Source: Obrimoposthia wandeli (Eukaryota). Taken from it: 64,000 bases of DNA. Within the stretch, counting starts at the first letter, position 1; every line of letters starts with the position of its first letter. Of this stretch, positions 11,101 through 21,703 are shown piece by piece. The position numbers and the translations under genes were made by a program. The notes beneath the pieces were generated by a model. The model worked only from the letters and a program-made list of their open reading frames with translations, had not been told where the DNA came from and did no database searches. Location of the stretch: positions 1 through 64,000 of the forward strand of contig CDROCS010005135.1 in the NCBI GenBank assembly GCA_977020255.1. The letters run 5' to 3'.

Positions 11101-11667
11101 TTATCTTTTTTTCAATTCTTCTTCAATCACAGTATGAAGAAAAGACAGAGCGGCACGGTTATCAGTTCTGCTCATGAACCACTGTTTTTGATTCGTCTCG
11201 AGCGGTAATATTTCTAACCACCGTTGGCATACCCAAGTCATATCATTGAAATCTGGTTCTTGATAGTACTCGCCATGTTCAGGGTATTCCCTAAAGAGGG
11301 TTTTTAAGCTATTAGCAATATCACGGTCAACAAATTTAATGTCGGCTTTTGACCAATTATCTAACATGCTTACCTCGCCGACAATTAAGCCATCCTCTTC
11401 TTCCCAGTGGTCGTTAATTATAAATTTCTCAACACCTGTGATAGTGATACCCAGTAACCCATCAGGCAGAGCCTCAAAATCTGTAATAATGACACGAGTG
11501 CCAAAGTGGCAAAGTGATTCATTATTTTTCATGCACAAGCCAAAGCCGTCATTGCAAGCCATCGCAAGCTTTACTAAACGTATGTAGCGTGGTTCGAAAA
11601 TCCTAAGCTTACTGATACCACCCGGTAACAAATACATTTGCATAGGAAAAAGGGGCAGTTGCATCAT
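11101..11667 (-). CDS. Lon N-terminal (substrate-binding) domain protein
   Basis: LPLFP..LLPGG..LRIFEPRY..LV, DFEALPDGLLGI, WVCQRWLEILP. Confidence 0.85.
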   Translation of the reverse strand: MMQLPLFPMQMYLLPGGISKLRIFEPRYIRLVKLAMACNDGFGLCMKNNESLCHFGTRVIITDFEALPDGLLGITITGVEKFIINDHWEEEDGLIVGEVSMLDNWSKADIKFVDRDIANSLKTLFREYPEHGEYYQEPDFNDMTWVCQRWLEILPLETNQKQWFMSRTDNRAALSFLHTVIEEELKKR

Positions 11668-11801
11668 TAATCACCCTTACTGTCGTCATATCTATATTAC
11701 GTATGATGTTTCTTTAACGATCAGTATTCAGTATAAACAGACAAATATAGGAATCTGTCTGCTTTTCGATAATACGAAAGAGTAATCTGCCCCTGAATTT
11801 A

Positions 11802-13085
11802 TTATGGTTTTAACGATCGCATTATTGCTACAGTGAGACAGCTAAGTTCTTGTGGCGTAATAATAAAAGGGGGCATGATGTAAATCAGTTTGCCAAATGG
11901 GCGAATCCATACACCCGCGTCTACAAAACTTTGCTGAATTTCAGCCATATTGACAGGTTCGTACAGTTCAACTACACCAATCGCGCCTAACCATCTAACG
12001 GCTTTAACGCAATCAAGTTGACCAATTTCAGGCAATAGCTCTGACAATTGTTGTTCAATGCTTAAGACTTGTTGCTGCCAATTACCTTGCATTAAAATTT
12101 CGAGGCTGGCATTGCCAACGGCGCAGGCTAATGGATTCCCCATGAATGTGGGGCCGTGCATAAAACAAGCGGCTTCACCACTGCATACTGTATCTGCCAC
12201 GTGTTTGGTGGCGAGCGTCGCCGACAATGTCATGTACCCACCAGTCAGTGCTTTGCCGACACACATAATATCAGGGCTAATCCCTGCATGTTCACAGGCA
12301 AACATTTTACCTGTTCGACCAAAGCCTGTTGCAATTTCGTCTGCAATTAACAAAACATCATGTTCATCGCATAATTCACGAATGCGTTTGAGGTACATCG
12401 GGTGGTAAATACGCATGCCTCCTGCACCTTGAACAATGGGTTCAATAATAACAGCGGCTAATTGTTCTTTATTATTGTTTAGCTTCTCTTTGAAATCGCT
12501 AATGTCACTTTCACACCATTCTTCGTAAAAACCACGCTCTGATGATTCTGCAAAAATGTGCTCAGGTAAGAAGCCTTTGTATAGGCTATGCATCGAATTA
12601 TCAGGGTCGGTAACCGACATCGCAGCAAATGTATCGCCATGGTAACCGTGACGAACGGTTAAGAATTTAGGGCGAGGTTGTCCTTTTGCATGCCAATACT
12701 GCAATGCCATTTTTAACGAGACTTCAACCGCAACAGAACCAGAATCAGCCAAGAAAACATGTTGTAAAGGTTCAGGCGTTATAGCGATCAGTTTACGGCA
12801 AAGTTCGACAGCAGGTTCGTGCGTAATACCACCAAACATGACATGTGACATTTTATCAATTTGATCTTTTGCTGCTTGATTGAGAGCAGGGTGGTTGTAG
12901 CCATGGATTGTTGACCACCATGAAGACATACCATCGATGAGCTTACGACCATCTTCTAATGTGAGATATACCCCGTTGGCACTTTCAACCGGATAGCAAG
13001 GCAGTGGATTAATTGTCGATGTGTAGGGGTGCCAAACATGCTGTTGGTCGAATTCCAAATCAATCTTGCTGGTTACTTTTTGCAC
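11802..13085 (-). CDS. bioA: Adenosylmethionine-8-amino-7-oxononanoate aminotransferase
   Basis: [57 protein letters not shown]. Confidence 0.97.
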   Translation of the reverse strand: MQKVTSKIDLEFDQQHVWHPYTSTINPLPCYPVESANGVYLTLEDGRKLIDGMSSWWSTIHGYNHPALNQAAKDQIDKMSHVMFGGITHEPAVELCRKLIAITPEPLQHVFLADSGSVAVEVSLKMALQYWHAKGQPRPKFLTVRHGYHGDTFAAMSVTDPDNSMHSLYKGFLPEHIFAESSERGFYEEWCESDISDFKEKLNNNKEQLAAVIIEPIVQGAGGMRIYHPMYLKRIRELCDEHDVLLIADEIATGFGRTGKMFACEHAGISPDIMCVGKALTGGYMTLSATLATKHVADTVCSGEAACFMHGPTFMGNPLACAVGNASLEILMQGNWQQQVLSIEQQLSELLPEIGQLDCVKAVRWLGAIGVVELYEPVNMAEIQQSFVDAGVWIRPFGKLIYIMPPFIITPQELSCLTVAIMRSLKP

Positions 13086-13088
13086 AGA

Positions 13089-13119
13089 TGTAAACCTCGG
13101 AGTCGAATGTATGTTGACA
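13089..13119. promoter_or_regulatory. BirA biotin operator between bioA and bioB
   Basis: TGTAAACC-N15-TGTTGACA, one mismatch to the TGTMAACC..GGTTKACA palindrome, in the divergent bio promoter region. Confidence 0.75.
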
Positions 13120-13238
13120 GTCTACTAACTCTCAGTAGACTAGCCAAGTATAGAAAGCCGCTAGATTCCAGATATTTGTTTAAAAAAGAGGATTCTAGTG
13201 AGGGCAACAATATTATTACTATAAAGAGGTTACATACT

Positions 13239-14291
13239 GTGGAAGTACGTCACAATTGGACAGTTGCGGAAGTTCAAGCCTTATTCGATAAGCCGTTTAT
13301 GGATCTTGTATTTGAAGCCCAACAAGTGCATCGCCAATATCACGAACCTAATAAGGTACAGGTGAGTACACTACTTTCAATCAAAACGGGTGCATGCCCT
13401 GAAGATTGTAAATACTGCCCACAAAGTGCGCATTATCGTACAGATGTAGAGCGTGAGCGTTTATTAGAAGTTGATAAAGTACTGGATGCTGCGCAGAAAG
13501 CGAAAGTATCGGGTGCGACGCGTTTTTGTATGGGAGCTGCTTGGAAGAACCCTAAAGAACGTGATATGCCGTACTTAATGGATATGATCCGTGGCGTTAA
13601 AGAAATAGGCCTCGAGACGTGTATGACTCTGGGTATGATCACTGGCGGCCAAGCTGATGAATTAGCGGGTGCTGGTTTAGATTACTACAACCATAACCTT
13701 GATACGTCACCAGAATATTACGGTCAGGTTATTACAACACGTACTTATCAAGATCGCTTAGACACATTAAGCCATGTACGTGATGCGGGTATGAAAATTT
13801 GTTCTGGCGGTATTATTGGTATGGGTGAAAGTTCACGCGACCGTGCTGGTTTATTGGTCGAGCTTGCAACATTGCCAACCCACCCTGAAAGTGTGCCAAT
13901 TAATATGTTGGTGAAAGTAAAAGGCACACCAATGGAAAATGTGGAGGATGTCGACCCGTTTGATTTTATTCGCATTATTGCCGTTGCACGTATCATCATG
14001 CCAATGTCTTCAGTACGCTTGTCTGCGGGTCGTGAAGATATGAATGAACAGATGCAAACGCTATGTTTCATGGCAGGTGCTAACTCAGTATTTTATGGTT
14101 GTAAGCTATTAACAACACCTAACCCAGGTGAAGATAAAGACATGCAATTGTTTGCAAAGCTAGGCATTAATAGCCAAGAGCAAGCAGCGAAACCTGATGA
14201 AGTGCAAGAGCATGAATTATTAGGTCAGGTTGCACAACGTGTTGCTGCGCGTCCAGGTAAAGATGATTTATTCTACGATGCCACTGTCTAA
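13239..14291 (+). CDS. bioB: Biotin synthase
   Basis: GTG start after AAGAGG RBS (VEVRHNWT); [11 protein letters not shown] radical SAM motif; YNHNLDTS-type motif; VRLSAGR. Confidence 0.97.
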   Translation: MEVRHNWTVAEVQALFDKPFMDLVFEAQQVHRQYHEPNKVQVSTLLSIKTGACPEDCKYCPQSAHYRTDVERERLLEVDKVLDAAQKAKVSGATRFCMGAAWKNPKERDMPYLMDMIRGVKEIGLETCMTLGMITGGQADELAGAGLDYYNHNLDTSPEYYGQVITTRTYQDRLDTLSHVRDAGMKICSGGIIGMGESSRDRAGLLVELATLPTHPESVPINMLVKVKGTPMENVEDVDPFDFIRIIAVARIIMPMSSVRLSAGREDMNEQMQTLCFMAGANSVFYGCKLLTTPNPGEDKDMQLFAKLGINSQEQAAKPDEVQEHELLGQVAQRVAARPGKDDLFYDATV

Positions 14292-15456
14292 TCGTCGTTT
14301 TAATCACAAAATAAAACACGCGCTGGAAGCACGAGAAACCCAAGGGTTATATCGCCAGCGTGCTTGTTTGTCTCGTGCTGATCAAAGTGTTTACCATCAA
14401 GGTGCATCATTACTTAACTTTTCGAGTAATGACTACCTTGGCTTGGCACAAGATCCCACCATACTATCGGCATGGCAAGAAGGGCTAACGCTATTCGGTG
14501 CTGGTAGTGGTGCATCACCATTAGTGACGGGTTTTCATTCCGCTCACAAAACACTAGAAGATCAACTTGCCGACTGGCTGGGTTACGATCGCGCGTTACT
14601 ATTCAATAGCGGTTTCAGTGCGAACCAAGCGGTTTTGTTTACGATTCCAGATAAGCATGATGTATTAATTCAAGATAAATTGAACCATGCATCATTGATG
14701 GAAGCTGGCCTGTTATCACCTGCAACCATGCGCCGATTCGCTCATAATGATCTCTCTGCATTAACTCACTTACTTCATCAAACCAATGATAAAGCCCCGT
14801 CTATTAACCCATTAGTGATTACTGAAGGGGTCTTTAGCATGGATGGCGATCTATCACCGTTGGCTAACATTTCAGAGCAATGCAACCAGCATGATGCGTG
14901 GTTAATGGTTGATGATGCGCATGGCTGTGGGGTGTTGGGTGATAAAGGGCGAGGCAGTTGTGACTTTGCAGGGGTGAAAGCCGATATTCTTATTGTGACA
15001 TTTGGTAAAGCCTTTGGCTTATCCGGTGCTGCTGTTATGTGCAATAACGACACTGCTGAATATTTAATACAATTTGCCCGTCATTTCATTTATTCAACGT
15101 CAATGCCGCCATCACAAGCTCACGCATTAAGTGCAGCTTGTCGTCTTATTCAATCCGATGATTGGCGTCGTGAAAAATTGCACGATTTAGGGCACTTATT
15201 CTTTGAAAGTGTCGAGAGCTCAATACAACTGGTTGATACGCATACCCCGATAAAACCCCTAATTATTGGTGATAGTCATAAAGCGTTATCGATTTCCAAT
15301 GCATTAAAAGCGAAAGGGTTATGGGTAAGTGCAATTAGACCACCAACCGTACCCGTAAATAGTGCGCGTTTAAGAATAACGTTAACGGCCGCACACACAG
15401 AACAAGATATTAAACGATTAGCAACAACGTTAAATGAGGTGATTAATGATGAATAA
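14278..15456 (+). CDS. bioF: 8-amino-7-oxononanoate synthase
   Basis: [52 protein letters not shown]; start placed at MPLSNR. Confidence 0.96.
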   Translation: MPLSNRRFNHKIKHALEARETQGLYRQRACLSRADQSVYHQGASLLNFSSNDYLGLAQDPTILSAWQEGLTLFGAGSGASPLVTGFHSAHKTLEDQLADWLGYDRALLFNSGFSANQAVLFTIPDKHDVLIQDKLNHASLMEAGLLSPATMRRFAHNDLSALTHLLHQTNDKAPSINPLVITEGVFSMDGDLSPLANISEQCNQHDAWLMVDDAHGCGVLGDKGRGSCDFAGVKADILIVTFGKAFGLSGAAVMCNNDTAEYLIQFARHFIYSTSMPPSQAHALSAACRLIQSDDWRREKLHDLGHLFFESVESSIQLVDTHTPIKPLIIGDSHKALSISNALKAKGLWVSAIRPPTVPVNSARLRITLTAAHTEQDIKRLATTLNEVINDE

Positions 15457-16285
15457 AGTTAATGCTGTCACCCATGACAAAGCAGAATTAAAAACAAACA
15501 ACATTCCTCGAATTGATAAACAAGCCGTGGCAGAAGCATTTGGTCGTGCAGCTAAGCATTACGATAAAGCGGCTGCTTTTCAGCGCATGGTTGGTCATCA
15601 GTTGCTTGAGCGTTTACCTGCCGTTATTCCCACAGGTACTCGCGTATTAGATTTAGGGTGCGGCACGGGGTATTTTTCAGAACAATTAATGCAACGTGGT
15701 TATGATGTTTCTGCCGCTGATTTATCGATAGAAATGCTGGCACAGGCAAAGTCTCGTTGTGGCGATAGTGTTACCTATTTAGAAGCTGATGCTGAAAACT
15801 TACCGATTGAAGATAATCAGTTTGATGTTGCGTTCAGCAGCCTTGCCCTGCAGTGGTGTGATGATCTGTCTGTACCATTGAAAGAGTTGCGGCGTGTGGT
15901 GAAGCCTGGTGGAAGAATTATGTTTACCACTTTAGTAGAGGGTTCGTTATTTGAGCTTTCACAGGCATGGCAAGAGGTTGATCGATATCAACATGTGAAT
16001 CATTTTCTTTCGCAAAAGGCGATAAAACTTGCGCTGGCGCAAGCGGGAGGGGCAATCGATACCCTAGACTTCAAACCAATTAGAGTGAATTATCCAGCGG
16101 CAGTTGGACTCATGAAGGACCTAAAAGGGATAGGAGCGACTCATTTACCACAAGGGCGCAAAGCAGGCTTGGCCGGTCGTAAAACGATCATGGCATTAGA
16201 GAGCGCCTACAATGAGTTTCGAGATGAGAATGGTCAACTGCCAGCTACATATCAAGTCTGTTTTGGAGTAATAATAAATGACTAA
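15446..16285 (+). CDS. bioC: Malonyl-ACP O-methyltransferase
   Basis: [22 protein letters not shown] motif, SSLALQW; operon position. Confidence 0.95.
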   Translation: MMNKVNAVTHDKAELKTNNIPRIDKQAVAEAFGRAAKHYDKAAAFQRMVGHQLLERLPAVIPTGTRVLDLGCGTGYFSEQLMQRGYDVSAADLSIEMLAQAKSRCGDSVTYLEADAENLPIEDNQFDVAFSSLALQWCDDLSVPLKELRRVVKPGGRIMFTTLVEGSLFELSQAWQEVDRYQHVNHFLSQKAIKLALAQAGGAIDTLDFKPIRVNYPAAVGLMKDLKGIGATHLPQGRKAGLAGRKTIMALESAYNEFRDENGQLPATYQVCFGVIIND

Positions 16286-16958
16286 CGCTTTCTTTCTTAC
16301 AGGTACAGATACCGAAGTAGGTAAAACTGTAGCCTCTCGCGCAATTTTACACGCAGCTGGTAGCGCGAATATTAAGATGGCGGGTTATAAGCCTGTGGCA
16401 TCAGATAGCAAACGAACAGATGAAGGCATGCGTAATTCAGACGCATTGTATATTCAAGATGCTTCAGTGGTTGAACTGAACTATCAAGAAGTTAACCCAT
16501 ACGCATTTGAAGCCGCGATTTCTCCCCACCTTGCAGCAGAGCAAGAAGGGCAAGTGATAGATTTTGATGTATTAAGCGCAGGCTTAGAGCATCTTAAAAG
16601 TAAATCAGAAGCCGTACTTATCGAAGGTGCTGGTGGCTGGCGTGTGCCGGTTTCTCATACCGATTTTCTATCAAGTTGGGTAAAGCGTGAAAAGCTGCCT
16701 GTTATCTTGGTTGTGGGTGTAAAGCTGGGTTGTTTAAGCCATGCAATACTGACCGCAGAAGCCATTCAAAATGATGGTTTAGAGTTAGTTGGCTGGGTTG
16801 CTAATCGTATTAATCCAGGCACAGAAAACTACGCTGATATTATTAAAATGCTAGAGCAAAACCTACCGGGTAAAAAAATGGGCGAAATTCCATACATGCC
16901 GGCAATTAAAAAACGCGACTTATCAATGTATATTGATTTGAGTGCGTTAGGTTTATAG
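16278..16958 (+). CDS. bioD: Dethiobiotin synthase
   Basis: [35 protein letters not shown]. Confidence 0.97.
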   Translation: MTNAFFLTGTDTEVGKTVASRAILHAAGSANIKMAGYKPVASDSKRTDEGMRNSDALYIQDASVVELNYQEVNPYAFEAAISPHLAAEQEGQVIDFDVLSAGLEHLKSKSEAVLIEGAGGWRVPVSHTDFLSSWVKREKLPVILVVGVKLGCLSHAILTAEAIQNDGLELVGWVANRINPGTENYADIIKMLEQNLPGKKMGEIPYMPAIKKRDLSMYIDLSALGL

Positions 16959-17003
16959 TCTATTTAGTGTGAAAGTAAGCAATGGCTAAATACTAGATAT
17001 TTT

Positions 17004-17022
17004 AAAAGGCACTGAAAAGTGC
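17004..17022 (+). repeat. attL core of the prophage (19-bp direct repeat)
   Basis: AAAAGGCACTGAAAAGTGC, identical to 30480-30498. Confidence 0.85.
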
Positions 17023-17106
17023 TTTGTGTGATAGCTTAAAGCATTGTTTTATATTTAATTTAAAATACAAGTGACCACTAAGCGTCCACATCTGTATGTT
17101 ATATGT

Positions 17107-17131
17107 AAAGCCACTTCTAACCAGTGGCTTT
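17107..17131 (-). terminator. Terminator at the end of the phage late operon
   Basis: AAAGCCACT-tctaacc-AGTGGCTTT immediately after the last phage ORF. Confidence 0.75.
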
Positions 17132-17132
17132 A

Positions 17133-17282
17133 TTATTTCTGCTCTAAACGAGTTAGTCGTGCATCCATTTTTGTGATAATTTCACGCATCCACTTAATAT
17201 CCGTTTTCATGGCAACGCCTGTACCAAACGCAGAGCAAAATCCAGTTGCTGCCGCGACTAGCACCGTTTGATATAACTCCAT
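17133..17282 (-). CDS. 49-aa phage membrane/coiled-coil protein, putative lysis factor (not in ORF track)
   Basis: Manual translation MELYQTVLVAAATGFCSAFGTGVAMKTDIKWMREIITKMDARLTRLEQK*; N-terminal hydrophobic helix; a homologous copy lies at 30699-30810. Confidence 0.7.
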   Translation of the reverse strand: MELYQTVLVAAATGFCSAFGTGVAMKTDIKWMREIITKMDARLTRLEQK

Positions 17283-17291
17283 TCAAATACC

Positions 17292-17492
17292 TTATTTTTT
17301 CTCTTTTCTAAACGTATCCCATAAACCAATCAGCATACCGACAATGGCAGGAACCATACCGCCAACCTGTGCGCCAGTGTCATTAACCGTGACGGTTGCT
17401 AAATCTGTGTTGCCCGTAGCGACACCAATTGCGCCAGCGCCAAGAAGAATCAAACCCGTTTTAGTACTTTTTTGCGATAAATCGAACTTCAT
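17292..17492 (-). CDS. 66-aa phage membrane protein, putative holin/lysis factor
   Basis: Two hydrophobic segments and basic C-terminus RKEKK; downstream of the P5-like gene. Confidence 0.65.
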   Translation of the reverse strand: MKFDLSQKSTKTGLILLGAGAIGVATGNTDLATVTVNDTGAQVGGMVPAIVGMLIGLWDTFRKEKK

Positions 17493-17596
17493 AATAGTTT
17501 ACTCTTTTTTAATATTTTAATGGCATACGCGCCAAGGACTACAGCGGTTACGCTGACAACAATTCGCCTTAATGACTGTTGATTTTCTTTGGTCAT
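17489..17596 (-). CDS. 35-aa single-TM phage protein (not in ORF track)
   Basis: MTKENQQSLRRIVVSVTAVVLGAYAIKILKKSKLL*; ATGA overlaps with both neighbouring genes. Confidence 0.7.
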   Translation of the reverse strand: MTKENQQSLRRIVVSVTAVVLGAYAIKILKKSKLL

Positions 17597-18066
17597 GCCA
17601 GCTCTACACCTTCACGGACTGCACCAAAGGGATATTGCTTGCCAACTTCCATGCGCGCCATTGCCTGTAAGATTTTGGTCACGGTTTGGTTGTTGTTCAC
17701 ATTAATCGGTAGATGCTTGGAAATGCCCGTCCACTTGCTCACCATGTCAGCGTAATGATCTGAGTCATTCTCGTTGGTTGGTGCGAACGTATGCACGATG
17801 CTGTGGATTGTATTAATGCCTCGACGGTTGTAGCTTTTCAGGATTCGAGCGCCCGCACGAAAGCCGAATTTCACATGCGTAAACTCTTCAAAGGCTTTGT
17901 CATCATCGGTAACGCGCTCACCCTGCCAATGAGTTGTATCGCCTTTTGATTCACGAATATTCAACGGGTTGTTGTTGCGCTCACCGCGTGTTTTGCCTGT
18001 TACTGCTGTTGTGACTTTATCCATGATATTGCTCAAAATAAAGTTGTCAAAAAGCATTGCTGCCAC
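17593..18066 (-). CDS. PM2 P5-like protein (putative peptidoglycan hydrolase/endolysin); 5' end uncertain
   Basis: RGERNNNPLNIRES..WQGE..FEEF..GFRAGARILKSY..FAPTNENDS..Y resembles PM2 P5 (RGLRNNNPLNIKE) as recalled. Confidence 0.8.
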   Translation of the reverse strand: MAAMLFDNFILSNIMDKVTTAVTGKTRGERNNNPLNIRESKGDTTHWQGERVTDDDKAFEEFTHVKFGFRAGARILKSYNRRGINTIHSIVHTFAPTNENDSDHYADMVSKWTGISKHLPINVNNNQTVTKILQAMARMEVGKQYPFGAVREGVELA

Positions 18067-18129
18067 GGTATCCGATGGTCATCGATGGCGTTTCATGGTA
18101 AATGGTAAAGACCAATGCAGCCCCTACCG

Positions 18130-18343
18130 TACCAAGACCAATCAAAACTGGTTAAGTTTTTGAGGCACAAATATTCTGAAGGTTTGAGGGATATCGCGTA
18201 AGTTTAATATGGTCGGCGAACGTGTTATATCAATGCTTCAATGCCGTTTCGACTAGATGGTCAGCTTCAATTAACATCGGCTTTCGCACTTCACGTAGCA
18301 TGGCTAATCGGCATTCTGGGTGTATCTCACTTTTTTGAATCAT
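18130..18343 (-). pseudogene. Tail-fibre-assembly-chaperone-like small protein, frameshifted (3' end approximate)
   Basis: MIQKSEIHPECRLAMLREVRKPMLIEADHLVE then, in another frame, LRDIPQTF (R..R..LL...D / LRDIPQ motif). Confidence 0.5.
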
Positions 18344-19121
18344 CAATTAATCTCCGGCATAGAAAATAGTTTTCGAGGGTGGTCAAGGTATCCGGTAGCC
18401 ACAACAGGCAAGGCAATCAGCATTGAACCAGTAATTGAATTGGCAATTGGATGCGGGGATATATATCCTCCAAACCAACCATTTATTTACCAACCAGTTT
18501 AAAAGCGCCATTCCTGTTAACGCACCCATGCTTAAAACCTTTAGACCTGATTTAAGTTCGCCCGATTCAAGCTTAACGAAAGCCGCCATAGTTAAAATCG
18601 ATGCAACTGGAACTGCGGAACCAGAGATAGACGCATACTTGGGGTAAATAGTCCAAGAGGGCAAACTGGAACCAAAATCCCACTGCACACGAAACACATT
18701 GAAATTATTTCTATATGTACTTCCTTTTGAAATATTAAAATCAGGGAAATCTTTTCTAATATCACTTTCTATTTCACCAAGCAGCGTCAATTCATTGGCC
18801 GTTCGCTCTGGAGGGAATTGCGATATATTTTCCACTTGAGACATTGTTACTGCACTGTTAGCAATAATACCGTCAGGAATAGTCTGACCTTCAGCAATGA
18901 TCAGCCCTTGATTTTTGGTCAGAGAAATATTGGGTAACTGGTCTGTTGTTGGGCTGGTAATTGTTTGAAAATCAGCCGCATGTTTAGCAATTAAGCCGCC
19001 ATCCTTTGGTGTCCCATCAAGGCGCATCGTTAGTCTGCATCACACGGATAGCCCCGCCCTTGATGCTGTCCAATAAGTTACGGGCTTCCGTAACCATGTT
19101 GCCTAACACTTCGTAACTCAT
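18343..19121 (-). pseudogene. Putative receptor-binding/fibre-like protein with at least two frameshifts
   Basis: MSYEVLGNMVTEARNLLDSIKGGAIR in one frame, the 18383-19027 ORF in the middle, GWFGGYISPHP..LIALPVVATGYLDHPRKLFSMPEIN* in another frame; TGATG-type coupling at both ends. Confidence 0.55.
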
Positions 19122-19392
19122 AATTCCTGTTGCTCCAATTCATCGGCTACGGCTTCAAGGCGTGGTAGCGTGTTACTTGCCACACTGCTTGCTAAGTCGT
19201 AAACGTCGTTATCTGTTTCAAAAATATGGCGGTGCAGGGTCATCAGCGTTGCACCTATGGCTACCTGATTGCTGTAAACGTCCTGCATCATTTGCAACGC
19301 GTCAACCTGATCAGGTTGTAGGTTTTTAAGGTGCTCGTGCTGGGAGGGGTTCTTACTTCACGGCCTTCTCTCGACGCGGCATGATATGTCAT
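19118..19392 (-). pseudogene. Small virion-associated protein with one frameshift
   Basis: ATG at 19392; later frame PDQVDALQMMQDVYSNQVAIGATLMTLHRHIFE..ELEQQEL* whose stop overlaps the next ATG. Confidence 0.4.
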
Positions 19393-19965
19393 CTGCACTC
19401 CACCAGCGATTTTCAACGGGGTATTGCTGTTGTTGTACGCCCACAACTCACCACCGCCCGTGATTGTCATGCCTGCGGGTGCTGTTCGGTCACCCAGAAC
19501 AGGAAGCCCAACCACTGCCGATACATTCGAATCCCCTAACATTGCCTCAGCTTCAACCTCGCTGATATTTTGGATAATGGCTTCCAGCCGTGTGACTGAC
19601 GCATTAAGCAAACGTTGCTTGGTATTGGGGTTAATAACCAAATGGTCACGGCTAATAAAGCGCCGTTTCCTTCCATGGCATGGAGTACGAATTTCAATAT
19701 CGTCATTGAATCGCAACCACCATGGCAGGTGTGGTAAATCAAATTATGTTTGGTAAACAACGCGAATCGGGGTTGCATGAGGGTTAGATAATTCCAACTC
19801 TTTGAAGTCACCAATTTCTAAGGTGTCGCCCGCATCAATGCGGATACGTTCACCGTTGTCACTGTTAACATTCACATACTCTTGAGCTTCACGAAGAATA
19901 ATCCACTTATAAGAAGCCACACCGAAACGCTTTATTTCTTGAGGTTGTAAAGTAATAATATTCAC
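19288..19965 (-). pseudogene. PM2 P1-like penton/spike protein, interrupted by an in-frame stop at 19744
   Basis: ORFs 19744-19965 and 19288-19716 are in the same frame; beta-rich; RLLNASVTRLEAIIQN resembles P1 ELLPEDASRNRASIKS; located after the P10-like gene. Confidence 0.5.
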
Positions 19966-20646
19966 TTACGCCCCCTTAATCGCAAATGCGACCATACCGA
20001 TACCCATTGCAGCCGCGACCGCCATCGACACCTTTGACATTTCCCCCGCGCTCCCTGTCTGAGAGCGTGAGGCGGTATTTTCTGCCATTGCCAAGGCTGC
20101 ACGTGCATTCCCTCATTCGCTGAAGCGTTGCACGAAGCCAGATACAACGTTTTCAGCATTACGACGGCTTGCATCAATAGCGGATTGGCTAATATCAGCG
20201 TTTTTATCAAGTGCCTTTTCACCAAACCCCAATGCCTTGAATAATGATTCCTGACCACTGTCTAAGGCACTTTTTAAGGTATCCTTATTCGCTTCAATGG
20301 ACTTTTCTGCCAGTGAGTTTTGAGCCTTGATTGACTCTTTGCTGACGTTCTCATTTGACTTAATCGCATCACGACCAAAATCAAAGGATTCACCAGCTCA
20401 TTCGATTTTGGAGGGCGTCCTGACCGGAATGCCTCCTTTATGGCGGCACTGTTACTCGCCATTGCATTTTTGGCAATTTCAGATGCAGCCCTGACTGAGC
20501 CGTGGTCTGTCATATTGACGTTAATGCTTGAATCGTTCGCCCCACTGATAACAACACCTAAATTGTCACCAGAAATGGCACTTGTACCGTTGGTATTGGT
20601 TGCGCCTTTGCATGTTCTTACTTGAACTACTGCCACCGCCACCCAT
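19966..20646 (-). pseudogene. PM2 P10-like membrane/DNA-delivery protein, frameshifted
   Basis: MGGGGSSSSK start, TNTNGTSAISGDNLG, TDHGSV motif, Ala/Ser-rich helical middle and C-terminal TM VSMAVAAAMGIGMVAFAIKGA*, recoverable only with about three frame changes. Confidence 0.65.
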
Positions 20647-21056
20647 CAGCTTCCCTCCAAATACAATGACATTACCGTGTCATGCTCGGTCGTTTCCGTC
20701 TGAACAAAACCAAATGACTGTAGAATCGCAGTCATGCCAGTGCGTACAGTGTGGTACTTGATAGCGCGGTATCCCTGAGACTTCACCGCGTCAATGATAT
20801 AAGGGGCAACGCTCACCAAACCCTTACCCGTCAACGCGAGAATCAGATAATCGTTATCATCGGTAACGAAACCAACGAAACGCACAGACACATCTTTTCC
20901 TATCACTTGGTACATGCTGGCTTGTTTAGAGAGAACAAGCTCTTTCGTGATATCGAACTCTGCTTTACAGTTTTTCACACCGTTAAAAGCACGTTTAATC
21001 AACGCGAATTGAGCTTGAATATCAGCACGAGTGGGTTTTAATAGAATGAATTTCAT
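20646..21056 (-). CDS. Phage protein, possible degenerate GNAT-like fold
   Basis: 136-aa ORF translationally coupled between the P8-like and P10-like genes; GKGL..SQGYRAIKYHT..LQSFGF pattern. Confidence 0.6.
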   Translation of the reverse strand: MKFILLKPTRADIQAQFALIKRAFNGVKNCKAEFDITKELVLSKQASMYQVIGKDVSVRFVGFVTDDNDYLILALTGKGLVSVAPYIIDAVKSQGYRAIKYHTVRTGMTAILQSFGFVQTETTEHDTVMSLYLEGS

Positions 21057-21262
21057 TTTTTAAACACCATCCAAGCCATTGCGATTGCCAACACGATAAA
21101 CGGCATATTTTGAAGAGGACCGCCACCGAAGTTAATCGACCCATTCTTGATACCGCCAATCGAGTTGGTACCCGTTGCCTCCGACGGACCCGCTGCACCA
21201 CCGCCTGCGCTGATAGGCATTGAACCGCCAGCACTTAAACCACCACCGATACCCGGTATCAT
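21053..21262 (-). CDS. PM2 P8-like membrane protein
   Basis: Gly-rich N-terminus, GSINFG motif and C-terminal TM ending in KK, as in PM2 P8 (GGINFG..LVIKRK). Confidence 0.75.
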   Translation of the reverse strand: MIPGIGGGLSAGGSMPISAGGGAAGPSEATGTNSIGGIKNGSINFGGGPLQNMPFIVLAIAMAWMVFKK

Positions 21263-21408
21263 GATTTAGCCCCCCACACGCGATAAGCCGCATAACAACC
21301 GCCACCGATTGCCACCGCTTTCAACAATTGTGTTGTTTTAGAACCAGTAAAAAAACCAGCCCCAAACGACACACCCCCAGTCAATAACAGAATTGGAATT
21401 AATGGCAT
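21259..21408 (-). CDS. 49-aa PM2 P4-like membrane protein (not in ORF track)
   Basis: MPLIPILLLTGGVSFGAGFFTGSKTTQLLKAVAIGGGCYAAYRVWGAKS*; AGGGGG RBS; ATGA overlap with the P8-like gene. Confidence 0.65.
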   Translation of the reverse strand: MPLIPILLLTGGVSFGAGFFTGSKTTQLLKAVAIGGGCYAAYRVWGAKS

Positions 21409-21416
21409 AACGCCCC

Positions 21417-21695
21417 CTAGCTCTTGACCGCTAATACAACCACAAGCAGTAGCACCACCGCCCCGATACCTCCACCGACATAGAGCAAGGTTTTATCGTC
21501 TGTACGAGGAATGTAATTCCCCGTCACTGCATTGCCGTTGTTGTCTTTCACTGGCGTTGTCGGTTGCTGTGTTGTTCCTGCGTTCGCGCTGTTGTCAGGT
21601 TTTTTGGTCTTACCCTCAACAAGGTTATCGAATCCCTCACCAACGCTATCTAACATGCCAGAACCGAAATTACTCAGGTCATCAAAAAAGCTCAT
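21417..21695 (-). CDS. PM2 P3-like membrane protein
   Basis: 92 aa, amphipathic N-terminus, low-complexity linker, C-terminal TM (KTLLYVGGGIGAVVLLLVVVLAV); directly after the MCP gene. Confidence 0.75.
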   Translation of the reverse strand: MSFFDDLSNFGSGMLDSVGEGFDNLVEGKTKKPDNSANAGTTQQPTTPVKDNNGNAVTGNYIPRTDDKTLLYVGGGIGAVVLLLVVVLAVKS

Positions 21696-21703
21696 AAGCC
21701 CCC

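Noticed and set aside
13029-13238. 70-aa N-terminal extension of BioB in the ORF track
   Set aside because: It overlaps the bioA start and BirA operator; homology and RBS point to GTG at 13239
17071-17271. Plus-strand 66-aa ORF near attL
   Set aside because: It is antisense to a better 49-aa minus-strand ORF, which has an RBS, a terminator and a homolog in the relic
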